A stretch of 63,612 nt of DNA, filler included, from Phoronis australis (GCA_002633005.1; 8 parts of 8 records of this genome joined end to end with filler, not necessarily neighbours in it); one strand, 5' to 3'; counted from the whole stretch's first letter, positions 49,965-63,612 are shown. The notes: generated from the sequence alone by a model not told the origin. Numbers and translations are program-made.

Positions 49965-52900
49965 TGGAAGGATGAATAGAGTAATGCAACCAAGAAAAAC
50001 TTGTAAAGAATCGGGCAACAACAAATAATATGTGATACAGGCAGCAATTGTGCCTGATGAGTGTTTATGACGTTGGGTCAATAGAGCGAGATTCCAGTAT
50101 TTGTGTAATCTGGGATAATCCAATACTACACTGAGAAAATGAAAACATCAAAATGAGTACAGACTTCACAACCAATTGCCTCGACACGAAATTCAAGATT
50201 TATAGATGACTCAATAGAGAAACTTGACATGTTTTTTATTTTTCATGCATTGTTAATTTCCCCCGCTCCGTGCAATTTACACCACACACAGATGGTAGGC
50301 GATAATATAGCCGCAAGATACTAAGTGTTGAGCAAGTTTTCAAGTTTTTATCACAACAATTCTGACGGTGAACATCCTCTGATATGCAAGGTTTCGTAAC
50401 TCAAAATTCCCATTTCTTTGAGACGAGATGATATCACCATCACATGACAATGAGTTCTTCCATTTTCAAGTACTTTGCTTAGATGTGTATTTCAACAAAA
50501 CTTGCATTTCGTTCAACCTGTCAGTAATGCACTTGACATATGGTCATGAAACAAGTTTGAACCATTGTCCTGTATAAGTTAGGGGATGAAATTTTATACC
50601 AAGACATTGATGGGGATATTTTCAACATATGCGTTGGCCAAAGACAACTATAGAGTAATATGAAACATGCAATGTATTTCACAGCACTAATCCTAAAGAG
50701 CATGACATGTGTTAAGTCTGCAGCAAACCCTAGTCAATGGCTACTTTTCAAATGGGGTAGTGTGGCGCAAGCCTGTCAAAAAATCTTACGCCTCCTGGGC
50801 AATCACAATTTCCTTGAGAAAATTGAAGTGAGAAAGTCCCTGGTCAGCAGCAACACCTGCTTGATTTGCTTCATGACATGTGCCATGTATTATGTTGGAC
50901 ACTCCCTGCCAGGGTGTTTGCACTGACCACCAACATATGGTTGTTTTGATTTAATCAAGCTTTTGAATTTGATTGCGAAAGCATGAGGGTCAAATTCACT
51001 GGGGAGTGAGGATTTTTGGGCAAATGAATGAATAAATGAATCCACAATCTTTAGTGGAACTGATGACATGTGACTATCCATTGGAAAAAATACCATGTGT
51101 AAGTGTTGTAAAGACACGAAATAAACATCACAGATTGTGCTGACATGAAAAATGGAGATGCCAAAGTAAACTGAAGAAACTTCCTCTTTTTACATGACAT
51201 TTTTTGAATTACATACAATTTTGTAATACATTTTTCTTGAATTTGCATTGTTTATGCAAAGTAGTGAAACAGGCGGAATTTTTTATCTAGGACCATATCC
51301 ACGTAAGCCTGAGTCTGCATATTAAGCCAAATATAAATTTTAACTCGCTAAAAGTAGGTATTTTCTGAAAGTAGAAAGCATGTAGAATTTGATGTTTGAC
51401 TTTATACCAATCTGCCATGTCTTTTTAACAAAATTTAGCAAAAAGGTATATCCATACGAAAACGGTAACAACAACATAAACAAATTTTGTTTGACATAAA
51501 TGTTCACAGAAAAGCTGTAACAGTTTTCTAAATTATCATTTCCTTTTAGTTTTACGTAACTTTCAAGTTTTTTCATGAAAATCAGAAAATACTTGTTTTT
51601 GATAGATCCTCATGCAAAAGTGACACATTTTAGAAACAATCCCTAAGAGGCTTGAAGAACTGTTTCACATGAATCGGTCAGCTATTTGTAAAATATGGCC
51701 GATTTCCTAGGGTCGTACGTAACTTAACAGGTAAATAACCAACTTATCGTAAGATATCAATTTTATACAGCAACTGCTGTCATATATCTTCAGATAGCTT
51801 GGCTTTAAATTTAAGTCCACAACTATTCACGTCTAGCCAACTGTAGAAAGTGACCAAAATCACAAAAAACAGAATCTTTCTCAGTGTACCCAAGGGTGCC
51901 CTTTAAGGTTTCTCTAGAGTACATGATGGTGTGAAACTAAAAATGGAACCTGGGAAGAAGGAAACAAAACAGAGCAATTAACAAAATCAGCTAACCAGAA
52001 GTGTACAATGTCCTAACTTCCGTTACTAGTAGACCATGTGCAAAATTCATCAGGAAATAGCCTCCCAAACCTCATTCATGGCTGTTTCCTAGAAATAGTT
52101 CAAGGTCGTGTTACCAGTTTAAGAGTGTTGTAAATCACGGTTTAAATAAGAGAGCAAAATGCTGCACATGTTCATGCCAAAAAATATTTTAGATGGCACT
52201 TTACACGGCAAGAACCTGTCCTCATAGGAAACATGTGTAGACACACATATAGGCATGGTCATCTTATCAGGCACCACTTATTGTAAATTCAAAGCAAAAC
52301 AAAATAACAACATATGATGAGCAATCAACAAATGCAACAAATGTTCAATGAAAAACCTTAAGACATCATCAGTTACATGACAAGCAAGAGCTTGATTTAT
52401 CAATCTGGGTTTGGCTATACAAAATGTAATGAAACAATCATCTTCTCAGTCAGGACCACAAAGCTTTTTTTAAGCTGTGTTTATGTATAGATAAGAGCAG
52501 TGCCACAAAGAACTACTTTCACTGACCTTGCATGACAATTTCAAAAGACCTATTGTATGTGAACGACACCCAAGATTTACAACTATCCGCAAAGTTCTAA
52601 GCAACTATAGAGACTAGTTACGCCCTCCTAGTCCAAAATGAAATTGACATGTGTACTTTAATTGAACCTCATAGTTCAATCCATGGCTGGCAGTACTTAG
52701 ACCAAAGTATGCTCACGAAAACTAAGTACCCACTCTGTTGCCTTTATTTAATTTTTTTCCAACAGAATGTAAGTCTCCAACAGACTTGAATATATTCTGG
52801 GACAATACTAATCGCCAACAACCAAAGCAAACAAAAGTTAGTAGTCACATCAAATTTTTTTTCTGGGTAGTTCTTGTCAAATTCCTCAAACGTGCAAATT

Positions 52901-53950
52901 AAATTTCACGAAAAGTGAATATAAGACTTTTAAGTCTTTCAACTTTACAACCAAGTTAGATTTTGTACATCTATGGAAAATGATCCTTCTACAGGTTTGA
53001 ATTTCCAAAGTGAAACCTTTCATGTGGAATTAAATCGGGAGGAAGCGTCCTAACCAGAAAATTTTTGTATGGAAACTGGTCGTGATAAAGTAATCTATCA
53101 GACCATCACCTCCTGTATACTAGTACCCCTTCTATGTGAGTAGAGACCTGGGGAACAGAATTCAGCGCAAGAAATTCACTAATTCACACAATTTTAATTT
53201 GATTTTCTTTCAAATTTTGATCTTTACTTAATACAAACATGCAAGAAAGTGGAGGTGTCCAAATTAGTTTTCCATTTCACCCACCTAATAAGAGGCACCT
53301 CTGGCAAAAATGTGAAATTTACACAGGTTCCAAAAATAAACACTTGAAATTCTTTTGAAAAAAAAGTGATTTTGATTTTAAAAAGAACTGACATTTCTTT
53401 ATTCCTCGAGACAATACTCCGAGAATAAGATGACACACCATCACGTGTCAGCCTGTATGACAACACACCATATAGAGCCTGGCCTCAAGCAATAACAAAT
53501 TGCTAGTTCTTTCCAATACCAGATATCACACAGTCCTATTTTTACAATTTAAGAGGGATTCTAAAACAGTAAGTGGTGTAAATAGAAACTGCTGGTCTTT
53601 GTTATCTAAAATACAACAGTTTCATTTCATCACGAGTTTGAACATAACTAATATGTAACTTGTGAAATTAGACATTGTGGGCTATCGCTTAAGGTCACAT
53701 AACAAAAAATCAATGCAAAATCATCATTTTTGAAATTAGGTAACCTGTTATTTGAAGCAAAAATAACATTCAAATGTTTAGTAAATCAGTTCTGATGTAA
53801 AACGACGACTATTTTGTGGCTTTTTGGCAAACTGTGTCGAGCCACCTCAAGCAAAAGTGAAAGTGGTAATTGTGGTACCTCTCTAAGTCTAGATAGTAAG
53901 AGTACTTTTTACATAGAGAATAATACAACAAAGTGTAGTTTTTACCATAC

Positions 53951-54624
53951 CTTTGTAAGGACAAATTATGTGATGTGGACTCCAACGTCGAACCACGGTT
54001 TCTTTTCAGCACAGCACATGCCACCACGAACCCTACGATTGAGATTACAGCCAAGACACCACAAAAGATTTGGAATGAAAACATGTTAGTCCTGTTCCAG
54101 ATAGCATAGGAAAGAAACACCGACACTGTACCTATTGCGCTAAAGGCCGAAGAATATGAGCTCAGCACAGTCCTGGTCTTGGCACATACAGCGAGATCGG
54201 CGAGAAGGGCGTGGGTATGTAAGCTGATGACGGATAGGAAGCCGTCGAAGACACACAATGAAATGACGAATTGCGCAGAGGGCCAAATCCAACTGACCCA
54301 AAACAGCAGAAACGACATGGCGTAAAGAGGACCATTGAATAATATGGCATTCAGTCTCCGCAGCACAATATCCGTTTTGTTGCCAGGGTGAGAATTGAGG
54401 TATTTCTTGTCACTAAGCCAACCAAACAAAGGATCATTAAAAGAGTTCCAAATAAGAAAGATGACTTCGCCTATCCAAAATGAGACTTTGTCAATTTTGT
54501 AAACCGACACGAATGTCTCAACATGATACAACAAAAAAACATTATACAATATGGAGATAAAGAGAGCGAGTGATCCGTAACTCGCGCCTACAGCAACAGA
54601 GACACGTGACAAATCGCTCATCAT
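53951..54624 (-). CDS. MFSD13A: MFSD13A/TMEM180 (MFS-fold membrane protein), first coding exon, 674 bp
   Basis: YGSLALFISILYNVFLLYHVETFVSVYKIDKVSFWIGEVIFLIWNSFNDPLFGWLSD and HALLADLA are TMEM180-family motifs; several hydrophobic helices; donor CAAAG|gtatgg at 53951/53950, after which the ORF reads into intron. Confidence 0.92.
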
Positions 54625-56350
54625 TCTTCGGTGCTACAGGAGACTTCTTTTATGGAGTCCCTTTTCGTCAGCTCTCATACATGCATGGATACAAGAAACT
54701 CCCTGAAAGAAGAAGCAGAGCATAATAAGTCAATGAATATCTAATTCTCAAATATACCATGCACATATACAAAGGCAAAAATACTCGTGCGAAATGACGT
54801 CGTATGGATGTCGCAAGGTATTGTTTAATTAGCGAGATCCGAGCATAAGTGTGTTGCATGGTTATCGCCTATGGGACACTTCCATTGTTTTCCTTTGTTG
54901 CATCTTTATTTGACATAATAATGTAGATTGCATGGACATCGCACCTTGGGAGTACTTCATCCCATTACCGATAAATACTTGCCATTATCATAAGAAAGAA
55001 AAACAAATTGAACAATGGATATGCCTATCTATCGATATCTATGCAACGAGCTTGCGACTTAGTTTCCCATGGGTATGTACAGTGTTTATTTTCACACTGA
55101 AATAAGGGGTAAGATATGATAACGTTATATCTGATACCTGTACATTGTCTTAAAACATGACCAACTACAGAATTTAACCCTCATATGCTATAAGGTAGAT
55201 ACTGTAAATCAATGCCTTACCTTTTATCTGAAGCCTGGTTACTGAGTCACAGTGAATTTTTGACAAATACAACAATTTATTTTTCTACTTGCATAGCAGC
55301 TAAGCCAGTTACTTGGGCCTTTTGAGATTAACCACGAAAATCAAATTGTCAGTTTTTCGTACGCCAATAATCTCTCCTCACCTGACCAAGGAACAGCTCA
55401 TGGTCAACTTTATAGAGATAACCGGTCAAAATCATAAGTTCGTTTCTTTGGCAGAGCCATGGACCAACCCTAACCCCAAGAAGGCCATTTTTACAGCGCG
55501 CACGTCAGGGGATATGACGTCATACCACCTGCCGCGCGCACTGTTAAAAATGGCGAGTTACTGATTTTGGGAGCTGAACAACGAACTGCTCGAGGAAAGT
55601 TTGATAACGGGAGTATTTCTTCAAGTGGAAGGAATTAAATACATCGACTGCCTCCAAAGGTGTCCCTCTAAGCACAAAAGGTATTTATAACAATGTGACG
55701 TTTTTATAGTCAGTGTGAGGCATAATCTACCAAAAAGCTTCTGGCATACGAAGCTCCTATAGGAGCTCCAATGTCCCTTTTGGGCCAATTAGAGACGGTG
55801 ATCACTGTCTACGACTAGGCCTGAAAGTTAAACCCAGGTGTGCATTCAGTAACGCTAGGACCTATGCTACGACCAAGCTAAAATCTATCCGAAGTCACAT
55901 ATTCTCATTCAAAATACACAGCGATATCTTGCATAATCCCGCGAAGTCTTGCTTTCTAGCGAGGTCCTAGCGTTACTGAACGGGAGGCAGGTCACACTCT
56001 ACTCTAGAGTCAAGGCTCTATACACAAAAAGCATTAATAAAAGGTAGGCCTACTTAATACTTATTATTGCAGCCTAGTTTTAGCAACAAGGACAAGACTG
56101 ATAGTAATCAGTGTGAGCCATAATTCAGCGAAAAGCTTCCGGCATATGGAGCCAATGGAGGGCCTATGGGATGTCCACCATCTCTACTGGGGCCAGTTGA
56201 GGCGGTGGTAAATGTTTACAATATGACGGCATTGACTTAAACAAATGATTTTGGTATCGTTCGATTCCTCTCAACGTTATCTTTCCAAAAATATATGAAT
56301 GTTTCCCCTACCGCGATTCCTCCGTATTTTATTGTCGAAATTCGGGTCGC

Positions 56351-56450
56351 NNNNNNNNNNNNNNNNNNNNNNNNNNNNNNNNNNNNNNNNNNNNTTAATT
56401 AATTAANNNNNNNNNNNNNNNNNNNNNNNNNNNNNNNNNNNNNNNNNNNN
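56351..56450. other. Artificial contig spacer
   Basis: N44-TTAATTAATTAA-N44. Confidence 0.98.
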
Positions 56451-57381
56451 ATCATTCCAAACAATAATAATGCTTTGATGTACGAAAGATCCCGATTGCT
56501 ACGTCAAGTATCGTATCACATATCACAACATATAAAGATTAACCAGACTCTGGCTGGCCACTGACTGCCGCGAAGTCGACATCGGCGAGTGCCTCAGTTA
56601 AGAGGCATCGGTAGAATAATCATGGAATAATCGTAAAAATAATCACAAACCTTACCTTTGTATGAGGTCGTGCTTACTTCCTCTCACCCATTTTACGCAA
56701 TCTCAGATTCAGTTGGCACGGCTGCAAGCCATTTCACCATGTATTTAAAGGGCTCGCGATATCGAGGCTGTTAATCTATCACCACTATTACACGCACGCC
56801 CTCTAGTTATTGTAGATTTTCCGAATAGCCCCATTGCATTGCCGTTCCAGATTTTACGCATACACAGAGGTGTGCTGGCTTCGTACACAAGCTTCGGCGG
56901 ATATATTGCTGTCTGGGGCTGCCTTGTTTTACCGGATGTGATCAAATCTAATATCATGGTTCCAGAATGTACATGTACTTAAATGAACATCAAATTGTTT
57001 TTGTCGTGAGTTAATACGTGTTGTGTGCGTGATTTGGAACTTGAGAAAGTACTGAGAGAATTTATCTGCGCAGTAGGCGTGGTTAAATCCCACACTGCGA
57101 CGGATTTCACTGGAGAAGATCCACGATTTTGTGTTGTTGGAGGGAGGTGGGCAGGGCAGAGTATTAGCCAGAATTTTTTGCCTCAGACATTTGAACTCCC
57201 GATCTGCCAAATGGAGTTGGTTAGAATTTTATGAGGGGGGGTGCATGTTCCTTTGGCACCCTCTAAATCTGCCACAGGATCTATCACACCAAACCCCCCA
57301 GAAAATGTTCCATAGTATACTCGTAGTTGTTGGATAGTCGATATTTACACTTGAATCATGAATATACTGACATTTCTTTAG

Positions 57382-57505
57382 GTATTTGGATTTCATCAAC
57401 TTGATGGCCTATGATCTCCGCGGCGCGTGGGATTCACAGACAGGACACCACAGTGGCCTTTATAAACGTCCATCTGAAGCTGGGGACGACGCTTACCTCA
57501 ATGTG
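57382..57505 (+). CDS. GH18 chitinase (CHIT1/CHIA-like), internal exon (124 bp)
   Basis: catttctttag|g-YLDFINLMAYDLRGAWDSQTGHHSGLYKRPSEAGDDAYLNV|gtataa; contains the GH18 MxYDxxG motif. Confidence 0.93.
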
Positions 57506-57789
57506 GTATAACGCGCGAAAACCGTAGTTTTACGGAGCTCTTGTTCTGACAAACGTCTCGGTCTCACGGAAGCATGTGATTACTTAATTGTACCTGATTG
57601 CACGGTATTCGTTTTTGGGACACAAAACACCGACCTAAAACTTACTGTAGGATAGATTAGCTAATGCGTTTTTGACCCCAGTGCACCATGTAACCTGTAT
57701 GTCAAGCAAATTTGTAGGTTTAGTTAGAACGTTTCTTAAAATGAGTGATCCAGTGCATTTTCGTCATTCCGGTATTAACATGCACGCAA

Positions 57790-58013
57790 CCCGATTTGGC
57801 GAAGTAGGCAAAAAGGTCCACCCCAGAGAAAAAAGACGTGCAAAAAAGTAAAGAACGAGACAAAAGTCCACTAAAAAGGCAGGAACTACCAAAATTCGGC
57901 GAACGCACAGTTCTTAACTCTGAACGTGCCTCGTTTTTTTTCTTCTTTTTTTGGTAAAAGGTCCACATTCCCAAAAATTCGAGCCCCCCATTTTTAGGCT
58001 GGGTGCGCGCATG
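57790..58013 (-). mobile_element. Repeat family A terminal copy in the chitinase intron
   Basis: Reverse complement reads CATGCGCGCACCCAGCCTAAAAATGGGGGGCTCGAATTTTTG...AGTGGACTTTTGTCTCGTT, as at 152-300. Confidence 0.6.
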
Positions 58014-58484
58014 ATTAATGTCGAGTTTACGCCGAGAGTCTCGCGTCGGACGTGGTTGTTGTCAGGTATACAGTAGTGAGAGTTCACATTTACTGCCAGA
58101 CCAAGATGGTAGAGACCAACCTCTCGCCTATTTTAAAAGGCTGCAGAATTCTAGTTACAATATCAATGGCTTACCCACCTTTCCAACTTTCCTGGCTGTT
58201 CCCCTCCATTCTCGGTCATGAAGGGAGACAACTCTTATGAATTTGATTTTTGACCATGTGTCATGACGGAACCTTTCGGGACATTTTGTCTAAATACCTT
58301 TAGCTTGTACTGTAAGTTGAATGCATGTACGTCTTTAGTACTTATTTATGTTCAACAATTACTTTTTGTAGCACTAAACATGAAGCCTTTTCAAAATTAA
58401 TAACGTTCCTATAGTAAGCAGAACATTTCTACGAGAACAAAAACCAAGTCAGAAAGCTATTCACTTCACATTCATTTTCTTTAG

Positions 58485-58670
58485 GACTACGGTGCTCGAT
58501 ACTGGATATCAAAAGGCGCTCCTAAAGAAAAGTTGATTCTGGGGATGGCAACCTTTGGTCGTTCCTTCACTCTCTCTAGTCGTTCACAGTACGGCCTGGG
58601 GGTGTCCGTTCGTGGCGCCGGTAACGCTGGCAGGTACACCCGGGAGAAAGGCTATATCGCCTATTACGAG
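58485..58670 (+). CDS. GH18 chitinase, next internal exon (186 bp)
   Basis: ttcattttctttag|DYGARYWISKGAPKEKLILGMATFGRSFTLSSRSQYGLGVSVRGAGNAGRYTREKGYIAYYE|gtaggt; phase 0/0; in frame with the previous exon. Confidence 0.95.
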
Positions 58671-58859
58671 GTAGGTATTACGTGTAGACTGTTCACCTCA
58701 TCATGAATTAACTGACGTTGTTGAGAAAAGTCAACCGCCTCTTACCTCCTGAACGATGATTAAAGATGGCGATAACGGATTTTAATGAAGATAGCAATGA
58801 GAGTAGTTGTAGATGGGAACAAACAATCCGTTGCAAATTAACGAAAATGTAGTTTTACA

Positions 58860-59338
58860 TTCACAGCAACTGAGACCTCTCACGATGAAAAATTAACAAG
58901 AAAGCACATTTGTCAGTATATACTTGTATGTATGTTCGTCTGGAAAATGGCGGATTTACCAAAACTAAAGATGGGGCTTGAGTATATGCACGCTCAGGGC
59001 TCGACGCTATTAAAATCGCCAGGCCAGATCGCAAAATTTTCCCGACATTTTAACGCGCCAAAATTGATTTCTCAGATCACCGAGAAGTTGTTTAGATGNT
59101 TCACAGCAACTGAGACCTCTCACGATGAAAAATTAACAAGAAAACACATTTGTCAGTATATACTTGTATGTATGTTCGTCTGGAAAATGGCGGATTTACC
59201 AAAACTAAAGATGGGGCTTGAGTATATGCACGCTCAGGGCTCGACGCTATTAAAATCGCCAGGCCAGGTCGCAAAATTTTCCCGACATTTTAACGCGCCA
59301 AAATTGATTTCTCAGATCACCGAGAAGTTGTTTAGATG
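58860..59338 (+). repeat. 239-bp tandem duplication joined by one N
   Basis: 58860-59098 and 59100-59338, about two substitutions, N at 59099. Confidence 0.95.
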
Positions 59339-60259
59339 ATGCTCTTACCTGCAGCGTTAAATACTCACAAATTTCAGATCGCAAAATGGACTTCGTTCAT
59401 ACAGGTACGGTGTTACTTTTCTTCACGACCGCCATTGAAAGGTTCTAGAGCGCAAGCAAGTTGCCGAAATGGAAGTTGAATCAATTCTCTCTAACTGACT
59501 CGTGCATTCGAGTAGCTAAGTTTGCGATGTGAAGAGGGAAAAAATGCCCGTTGAAAAGTATACTGGATTTTGCTAAGTCTGACCTGCTACTGGCTCTCAT
59601 CAAAGTCGTTAAATATTCAAACTAACTCGGAGTGAAAATTCCCCCCATTTTTTTGTTCCCACCCTAAATTTTGTAACTAAACTGGAAGTTTTGAAAAACA
59701 TCTGTCGAAAAAAATCCGTGAAACGATGCCCTTATCGAATGACCTATTTAGATGCTCGGGAATATTTCAGGACAAACTTCCCAACATAAAAGTGGCACTT
59801 ATGTTGTTTACGTACTCAACAATCAGTTTTCCATGAAATGAATAGCCTCGAAATAATTCCCAACTCCCTCCGAGCGGCTTTCCATCGTGTAATGGCGAGT
59901 TTGCACTTCAATGCCTTACGTATAGGGGAAAAATAGGTCAGTCACAAAACGACATGCATGTCACTGGTGTTAACTTTCTTTCGGAGGTATAAAACAAAGC
60001 CGGGATTTGGTATTTACATATTGAGAAAAAACGTTTTTCGAAAACTGAATTTGTTGTGTAAAATGAGAGTGACACGCCATATAGGCTGCGTGTTCTAGGA
60101 TGGGCGATAGCCTGAACTGTAGGCGCACAATTGGAAATTTTCAACAAAAGTTGAGGGTGAACGCTTAGTAGATCATTGAGTGCTTATTACAAAACACTTT
60201 AAAAGCAGGGAGTAGGCTGGTGTGTGAGCAAAGGCGTTAACATTGAGTGTTTGCAGTAA

Positions 60260-61510
60260 TAAGATATTAAAAGAATGCAATGGTAACATTATAATAATAC
60301 GATTTTGCGAGGCAAATACCATCTGGGAGGGGTGACTTTATGAATATTGTTACCACCTACAGTGTACCCTTTTCACAAACCCGGAATAATTTTGTTTTTA
60401 ATTGCCCGTTTCAGCCCGAACAAGATTGTTTCTATTGGAGTCTGAACAATTTACGGCGACTGCGGGGGGGTGTGAAGAGAAGAATAAAAGGTTCGCTATC
60501 CACAATTTCGCATCTAGTACCCCTTTAGTTGAAATAGCTGGCTACGGGCAAAGAATATACGGTTTAGGGAACATCGTCCTCTGGAAACATTGGAACAGGA
60601 AAATATCAGGTCTGGGTTATATCGGTCCCGGGGAATATCTTAAAGCATCGGGTCTTTTATAACCGCCGGGAATCTACGAGTTCATTTTCAAATAAACCAC
60701 TGGCACCCCGGTGCTTAACAGAGCCAAGCCGGTATACTCTTTCGTTTAGGACTGTAGCTGTTCTCTTTTGATGTGCAGCGTTGAAGTGGTGCGCACGTGT
60801 GAGTTCACGTACTTGAATCGCTGGAGTATGTATGAAAACCTCTTTCAAACACAACTCTGTGTTACGGTTTTACGTGGGTTTATTCTAGAGATCTACAAGA
60901 TACATCTATTCACTATGCTGTCTAACTCTCAACTGAAAACTTGTTTGTCAGAACCAAAGATCATATGCTCATGAGTCATAATCAGATTTCAGAGAATTGT
61001 TTTGCACAACTTACACAATCTATGATTCTAGCTACCAGTGCCATATAAGGTTATGTTTTGCACTCTGCAAGTTTAATGAAAACCACGAACATAACAGAGT
61101 AGGCCTACATCTTGCGTTAACAACAACCCCAGTGTGAAAGACAAATCATATTTCGCGCGCGTAGCCCCAGAAATTAGCACAGGGATTTGAGAATTTCTTG
61201 GCAACTGAAAGTAAAGACGTGGCCGTTGTTTGACTATTAATAGGATTGCCATTTTCACTTATGCTGTCATATGCGATACAAACGAGACGCATATCTCTAA
61301 GTCACAACCGTCTGCCGGGACCGCTTGCGCGCTATCAACGGGACCCACCAGTGCTGCAGTGCGATATCAAGGATATTGTCGTGGGTATTTTGTTCATGTA
61401 ATAAGGACAAATAAACGTATTTGTTCACCACAAAGTTAAGAAAGCAGATAGCTTAAGAATTAATTGAAAGACCGCTGTTTTGTGACGTTTTATCACATGT
61501 TATGCAGTTG
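60260..61510 (+). mobile_element. Diverged relative of the internal region of the Tc2-like element
   Basis: Collinear blocks shared with 6690-7770, e.g. GAATAATTTTGTTT, GCTGTTCTCTTTTGATGTGC and GCTGTTTTGTGACGTTTTATCACAT. Confidence 0.55.
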
Positions 61511-61628
61511 CCCGAAACTTTCTTCGGCGAATCCGGAAACTTGTATCAGTGGCCAAAAATGTTAGCCAATGAAACGCGTCAAAGATCGATTCTGCATATC
61601 CCATGTTCATGCGACTTGCTACAAGTCA

Positions 61629-61728
61629 NNNNNNNNNNNNNNNNNNNNNNNNNNNNNNNNNNNNNNNNNNNNTTAATTAATTAANNNNNNNNNNNNNNNN
61701 NNNNNNNNNNNNNNNNNNNNNNNNNNNN
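61629..61728. other. Artificial contig spacer
   Basis: N44-TTAATTAATTAA-N44. Confidence 0.98.
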
Positions 61729-63612
61729 TAAACTGTCCATTAGATGGTGTCGTGCCAAATTTCGTGAAAATAATCCAAGGAACCCCAAAGATACAGGGAC
61801 AGACGTAAAAAAATAAAATTGAGACTAGGAGGCACGGCTATAGTCCGATTGGTCTGAAACTCATTGTCATATGTTGCCATCTCCACAGAAGCATATCTGC
61901 CAAATTTCGCAGAAACTATTTAAAGGGTTAATAAGATACAGCTGTAGACGCAAAAAAGCAATATTTCTCCTACGGAACGCAAGTGTAGTCATAATCGTCC
62001 GAAAATAAACGCCATCGGCTGTCTTCGCATTAGGAGCACAACTGCAGAAAGAGAGACGGGCGTCAAAGACTTACAAAAATTTTTAAATGGCTACCAGGTG
62101 GCACAGAAAACATCACATCTGTCCGAAAATCAAAAGGCGCTGTCCTCTCTTTAATAGAAACTTATTTGTTGTATTTCATGATAAAACATTTGTGAACTCC
62201 AAAGATACATTGGCAAACGTAAAAAAAAAACGTTTTGCCACTTGAGGGTTTAGTGATATTCTGATCAGTTCGACACTCTATACCGTTTGTCGTCATTTCC
62301 ATAGGAACTCATCTTTGAAATTTTACAAACATTTTCAATGGGTTAGAAGGGAATCGTATTTGATTTTGAACAAATTTTTCATAGTTTTCTATGAGTTGTT
62401 GATTAATATCACTGTTCATTTAAAAGCAAAAAGTAAACTTATTTTTTAACGTGACTCAAAAAATGTCTCAAATGGTTCCATATTCACCCGCTTGGAGCGA
62501 TGCATCTCGTGACGTAATTGGTGGGGCAAAGTCAGTGTCCTATTTTAGCAGTCAAGTGGTGTTATTCATAATCGAAATAAGAAATTCTAGTTTGAAATGC
62601 CTGATCGCCAGCGATACTTGTTTGAGCCCGAAACAACACAAAGTGATACCCAGTCGTCGTCATCGTCAGACAAAAATATGCCGGTGCAACCCGCCTGTAT
62701 CAAAAATTTACACTGTCACTGACACTGGCGCGACTGTGGGCAATGCGGTTAGAGCTTCGGTTAGACCCCGAAATTTCACGCAGCCAGTGGACTGACTTTT
62801 TGAAGATCTCGAACAACCACTTGCCATACAAAAAGGTATGACGAACCTTTTACAACACTACGACAAAAAGTACAAAAAAACAAGAAAGGCTGATACAGTG
62901 TTAAAATACGATGTAAACTCTCAATGTCCCAATCTGTAATAAGCAATCGATGCATCACCAATTACGTCATTGACATATCAGCTAATCAGCGATCGCCGTC
63001 AGGATTTCAGCGTCTTGACATTAAATATGAACCAGTTTTTGCTTGGCGCGCAATTTGGACAAATGGGAGTTTATTTGTGTGTTAGAACCGGTTAACTGCT
63101 GCAATATTTGTACTACAGTCATCTTTAAGGAGATATAGCCGAAGACGTAAACATATAAAATCGCCACTATGGAGCGACACAGTAGTCAAACTCGTCCAAA
63201 AAGCAGCGTCAGTCGTGGCCTTCTCATCAGGAAGTCCTGGAAATTTTCATAATGATCCTTTGAGCGGTTCGGCAGATAGAAAGGTGGACACTAGGAAACG
63301 GAAGCAAAAATATCAAAAATGGCCACAAGGTGGCGTAAAATACGCTGTCCAAAAATGTAATGGCATCGGTGTCTTCTTAATAAAAATCTTTTTGCTGAAT
63401 TTCATGGAAATCCATGAAAAACGTCAAAGATACAGAAATAGGGTAAGATTTTATAGTATCTTTGATAGGGTGCACAGCGGATCGGTCTGAAACTAGTCAT
63501 CATCTGTCGCCAGCTTCATAGAAACATGCCTGTCGAATTTCAATGTGATCCTGGTGGGGTCAGGAGATACAGCGGTGGACGCCGGACGCGCGGATGCCCA
63601 GGCGGAGATGAC
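61729..63612 (-). mobile_element. Old, diverged HINE-like element with ~150-bp monomers and a nested insertion
   Basis: Monomers share CCAAATTTCRTGAAA / AGATACAG with the reverse complement of 19130-20400; the window ends GGACGCCGGACG...CGGAGATGAC, the reverse complement of the 5' region at ~19070. About 62407-63125 is unrelated sequence ending CATCT-TTAA (possible Kolobok). Confidence 0.6.

Noticed and set aside
50860-50950. Possible gag zinc knuckle (GGQCKHPGRECPT, minus strand)
   Set aside because: Too short and frameshifted to support without a database search.
53809-53950. C-terminal part of the 271-aa ORF
   Set aside because: Intron read-through after the AG|gtatgg donor; family similarity resumes in the exon at 48340-48460.
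57025-57090. ELEKVLREFICAV, reminiscent of a Crypton-type recombinase segment or a chitinase exon
   Set aside because: No supporting motifs or usable splice sites.
58932-59339. 135-aa ORF with an internal repeat
   Set aside because: Created by the N-joined 239-bp duplication inside a presumed chitinase intron.

Overview
Animal genomic DNA (AT-rich, repeat-dense, GT-AG introns; probably an invertebrate, which is inference). It is not prokaryotic: I see no CRISPR array, rRNA or operon. Seven artificial 100-bp spacers (N44-TTAATTAATTAA-N44) split the window into eight segments that look like separately assembled contigs. Four partial intron-containing genes are supported by splice sites and conserved peptides: a BRSK/SAD kinase (four complete exons plus the end of a fifth, minus strand), the first coding exon of legumain (minus, with a tandem CLEAR/M-box-like upstream element), MFSD13A/TMEM180 (two exons, minus) and a GH18 chitinase (two exons, plus; absent from the ORF track). 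The rest is mostly non-autonomous DNA transposons (Kolobok-, Tc1/mariner-, hAT-, Harbinger-like, and small elements with 9-bp target duplications), decayed LINE, Gypsy, Penelope and THAP fragments, minisatellites, and single-N-joined duplications that are probably uncollapsed haplotypes. The most striking structure is a Helentron/DINE-1-like element at 19.0-20.4 kb whose internal ~454-bp three-monomer higher-order repeat carries eight co-oriented CTCF-like motifs about 150 bp apart.
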